A DNA stretch of 48,664 nt from Verrucomicrobiota bacterium (lineage in GTDB: Bacteria > Verrucomicrobiota > Kiritimatiellia > CAIQIC01 > JAGNIJ01). Position 1 is the stretch's first letter; every line of letters begins with the position of its first letter. This document shows, in pieces, positions 45,897 to 48,664 of this stretch. Position numbers and translations under genes: made by a program. Below the pieces are notes generated by a model that saw only the letters and a program-made list of their open reading frames with translations, searched no databases and had not been told where the DNA came from. The stretch spans positions 1 through 48,664 of the forward strand of contig JAKJGV010000007.1 in assembly GCA_022704185.1 (NCBI GenBank), read 5' to 3'.

Positions 45897-46484
45897 ATGA
45901 TGCGCAGAATCGCGGTTGTGGTTTGCGTGCTGGCGAGCAGCGTGGTTGCGTTGGGCGCCCTGAACACCGAGTGGGCTTATCACGACGACAACGACGGCGA
46001 GGACGATCGAACCACCGAATACGTGCCGGGCAAGGATTTCGCATTCCTCGGGAATGGGAACACGACCATCAAGACGACCGAACCTGTGGTGCTCTACGTT
46101 CTGACCGCGAACCGCTTTTCCGGGGAGGCCGACGCACAGGTGTTCGTGCGTTGGTGGAACGGCCAGGAAGAACATTGGGTCATGGGGACGTGGGTGGACA
46201 ACCTGTATCTCGGATCCGGCGAGACGGATGCGGGACGGCTTCACGGCCAGCCGGAAGGCGACACGGTCATGCTCGATGTCTGGAAGATCGAAATCAGCCC
46301 TGAGATGACCCGGCCCGGCGAGAACTTCTATGCGATCCAGATCAAGGGCTGGTCGGAGGCCGGCGAGGAGGTCGCGTATCTCCTGCGGGACTCCTCCGAG
46401 GACAGCTGGAACAACAACGTCAAACAGGCCCTCTCGAACTCCGGCTTCTTCGGTCACGATTGGAGCGTCAAGATCGAGGAATAG
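45897..46484 (+). CDS. secreted hypothetical protein
   Basis: AAAGGAG RBS 6 nt before ATG 45897. Signal peptide MMRRIAVVVCVLASSVVALGA. The mature part is acidic and Trp-rich, and I recognise no motif in it. Confidence 0.6.
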   Translation: MMRRIAVVVCVLASSVVALGALNTEWAYHDDNDGEDDRTTEYVPGKDFAFLGNGNTTIKTTEPVVLYVLTANRFSGEADAQVFVRWWNGQEEHWVMGTWVDNLYLGSGETDAGRLHGQPEGDTVMLDVWKIEISPEMTRPGENFYAIQIKGWSEAGEEVAYLLRDSSEDSWNNNVKQALSNSGFFGHDWSVKIEE

Positions 46485-46496
46485 ATCCGGCGCGTA

Positions 46497-47705
46497 TCAG
46501 GCCGGCCTCAGTGCGCGCTCCAGTGCGTTCGGCGAATGGTGCGCGCGCACGTAGTCGTGTGCCGCCGCCGCAAGGCTCCCTCCCAGGTCGGGCTTGGAGA
46601 CGAGGCTTGCGCAGGCGTCCGCAAACGCCACGGCCGTGTCGGCCGAGAGGAAATGCCGGCCGGGTTCGACACCCAGGCCCCGGACGCCGACGGGCGTGGC
46701 CACAACCGGTTTCCCGAGCGCAAAAGCCTCGAGCGTCTTGATGCTGCTCCCGCCGCCCGCCCACACGGGCACGAGGACGGCGGAAGCTTCCCGGTACTCC
46801 AGTTCAATGTCCGGCGCGTAGCCGGCCAGCTCCAGTTCCGGATAGGCGGCGAACCAGCGCTGCAGAGGCCGGGAAAGCCCCCGGCCCACAACCCGGACCA
46901 CAAATGGAGCGGAACACAACTGCCGGAGTCGGGGCAGCACCTCCGCGCAGAACCAGCGCAGCCCATCCACGTTCGGTTCGTAGTTCAGCGTGCCGACAAA
47001 GAGAAATCGGAACCGCTCGCGGCCCGCTGGAGGAGAGCCGCACGCGGCAGGAACGGAAACCACGTTGGGCACCCATTCGGGCGCTTCGTGTAGCCCCGTG
47101 TCGATCAGGCGCTTGCGATCTTCCGGCGAGGCGACAAAAACACGGGCAAAGCGCCGCAGGTGCGTCTCTTCCAGCCCGGCGTACTGTGTGGCCTCCAGCC
47201 GGGCCCACGCCGCCCTTGCCGCGCATCCCTGTCGGGCCCGGAGTTCCGCCAACTGGCTTCGAACGGAGCGCTCGATGTCGTCGAGATCAAGCCAGAGCTT
47301 CCCGGCGCGGACTTGCCGCAGCAGTTTGTCCATCAACGGCGTCATGTAGAAGCGGAACACATGAACGACATCGAAGTTCGTTTCATCAAATGGGTAGTCG
47401 AAGCGACAGGCCGCCGCGCGCTGCCATTCGAACGGGCTGGGCCAGAGTTGCCTGTAGAGTGGGGGGAGGAATGCCAGCAGGGATTTGATCCGCGCGTGCG
47501 GGTCGGGCCACAGCGTGAGCGGAGTGAAGGCGATCTGGCGGCACCACTCGGGCGGAAGACGGAGCGATTCCGCGTGCCCGGCCAGCAGGGCGTGGATTTC
47601 GAAGTGCGGCGCCAGCGCCTCGATGAAGCGGTAGGCCCGCATGCAGGACCCGTGTCCGCCGGGCGCGGGGACAAACGGGGACAGAAACAGGAGGCGTGGT
47701 TTCAT
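46497..47705 (-). CDS. glycosyltransferase family 4 (group 1)
   Basis: Internal start MKPRLLFLSPFVPAPGGHG. The C-terminal half has FLFVGTLNYEPN and GGGSSIKTLEAFALGKPVVATPVG, the GT-B donor-binding pattern. Confidence 0.75.
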   Translation of the reverse strand: MKPRLLFLSPFVPAPGGHGSCMRAYRFIEALAPHFEIHALLAGHAESLRLPPEWCRQIAFTPLTLWPDPHARIKSLLAFLPPLYRQLWPSPFEWQRAAACRFDYPFDETNFDVVHVFRFYMTPLMDKLLRQVRAGKLWLDLDDIERSVRSQLAELRARQGCAARAAWARLEATQYAGLEETHLRRFARVFVASPEDRKRLIDTGLHEAPEWVPNVVSVPAACGSPPAGRERFRFLFVGTLNYEPNVDGLRWFCAEVLPRLRQLCSAPFVVRVVGRGLSRPLQRWFAAYPELELAGYAPDIELEYREASAVLVPVWAGGGSSIKTLEAFALGKPVVATPVGVRGLGVEPGRHFLSADTAVAFADACASLVSKPDLGGSLAAAAHDYVRAHHSPNALERALRPA

Positions 47706-48610
47706 CCCGGATTCCTCACGCGCGCCGCGACTCGCGCGGCGGCATATCGCAGCCGGCGCGTCCACGGGAGGCGGGGTCTTTGTGGAGGAAGGAAGGGCCT
47801 TGCCAGCACATTGAAGGTGGTGTCCCGCGAGCGGATTTCGTCCTCGGTGATATGGCCGTGGTGGAAATCCGAGAAGTCGCGCCGTCTTTCCGTCCACCAC
47901 AAGTGCGCCCAGAGATGGACGCTCGCCACCCCCTCTTTCAGGGGTTCATTCAACTCGAACAGCCGCTTGAAGTCCTCGCGCGTCCACATGTAGGGATAGA
48001 ATGTGCGCGCCGGCTCCACATGAATCAGCCCGGGATGCGCCTCGGCCAGTTTCCACGGCAGGAGCGTGGAGTGGTTGCTCCAGGAACCGTCGAAGGCGGC
48101 TTCCATTTCACGCCGCCAGATCCGCGCGAATTCAGCACCGGGCGCGGCCATGATGAACGCGTTGCAGAGAGACGGCTTCACCTGGCCCGTGCTCATGTCC
48201 GTGATGTCATCTTCCCGGCCCAGCACGAACGCCTGGTGAAACAGCGCGTCGGGGACCGGACGCACAAACAAGGTGTCGATGTCGGCATAAACGCCGCCGT
48301 GCTCCAGCAGCACTTCGAGGCGGATGAAGTCCGATTCGTGCGCGTAGCGATATCTTGCGACGAAGCGGTCTTCGTACCGGTATCGGCGCAGAAACTCGGG
48401 GCGGGGCACGCGAACGAGTTCGACGTGCGGGCGGATCATGTCCCAGTACTCGCCCCACGGCTCGTAATGGTGGTACACGCGTATGCGGTCGGGATGGTTC
48501 ACCTGCCGGCATGATTCGAGGCAGAGATAGTGCAACAGGTGGAAGGGCTCGGTTTGCCGGCGGAGCCCGTAGACAAAATGGAACGTTCTGGGAATCGCGG
48601 CGTCGCTCAT
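47702..48610 (-). CDS. glycosyltransferase with DXD sugar-binding region (GT32/OCH1-like)
   Basis: IPRTFHFVYG and ESDFIRLEVLLEHGGVYADIDTLFVRP are typical of the Gly_transf_sug family. ATGA overlap with the downstream gene. Confidence 0.65.
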   Translation of the reverse strand: MSDAAIPRTFHFVYGLRRQTEPFHLLHYLCLESCRQVNHPDRIRVYHHYEPWGEYWDMIRPHVELVRVPRPEFLRRYRYEDRFVARYRYAHESDFIRLEVLLEHGGVYADIDTLFVRPVPDALFHQAFVLGREDDITDMSTGQVKPSLCNAFIMAAPGAEFARIWRREMEAAFDGSWSNHSTLLPWKLAEAHPGLIHVEPARTFYPYMWTREDFKRLFELNEPLKEGVASVHLWAHLWWTERRRDFSDFHHGHITEDEIRSRDTTFNVLARPFLPPQRPRLPWTRRLRYAAARVAARVRNPG

Positions 48611-48664
48611 AGGGCATCCAGTATCTGGGTGAAGCGGGTGACGACCGCGCGTTCGTTGAACTGG
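48607..48664 (-). CDS. 3' end of an upstream gene (unknown, possibly another glycosyltransferase)
   Basis: The minus-strand frame reads ...QFNERAVVTRFTQILDAL then stop, and the stop overlaps the next ATG (ATGA). Too short to call. Confidence 0.3.
   Translation of the reverse strand, partial: QFNERAVVTRFTQILDAL

Noticed and set aside
1-48664. tRNA, rRNA, tmRNA, transposase, integrase or prophage genes
   Set aside because: No T-loop (GGTTCGAATCC-like) motifs, rRNA-like conserved strings or recombinase-like translations were seen on either strand.

Overview
GC-rich chromosomal segment from an anaerobic or facultative bacterium. The DUF2723/TPR proteins and a bacterial SHD1 domain suggest the PVC superphylum, but that is inference only. 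It is mostly core and energy metabolism. From left to right: a truncated ABC solute-binding protein, Fe/Mn superoxide dismutase, a tandem kinase-fold hypothetical, an NSS transporter, and a divergent Crp/Fnr (HcpR-like) regulator with hcp and a ferredoxin. Next come rseC-like plus rnfCDGEAB, an acyl-ACP thioesterase, a macro-domain protein, nfnAB and ldhA. Then two DUF2723/TPR membrane proteins flank a BtuFCD-type ABC importer, followed by a decaprenyl-phosphate phosphoribosyltransferase-like UbiA enzyme, polyprenol-P-mannose synthase and def. The right part holds an SHD1 protein, parA, rmuC, usp, ftsK, a rodZ-like gene, pgsA, a three-gene membrane operon of unknown function (zinc-ribbon/4xOB-fold, DUF112, DUF457), a NYN/YacP protein, a LacI regulator, a secreted hypothetical and glycosyltransferases. 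I found no rRNA, tRNA, CRISPR array, transposase, integrase or prophage. The most unusual signal is non-coding: a dispersed family of heptanucleotide-periodic arrays, often arranged as inverted repeats. These sit in short spacers, including inside operons (hcp|fdx, rnfC|D, rnfD|G, nfnA|B, around rmuC, upstream of ftsK), and often abut start codons. Other items worth a second look are a signal peptide separated from its ORF by one in-frame TGA, the OB-fold/DUF112/DUF457 operon, a GT-C-like glycosylation module, an orphan minus-strand terminator in a 355-bp gap, and several palindromes. Many long ORFs in the track are GC-rich shadow frames and were ignored. All functional calls come from reading the translations by eye; no database search was run.
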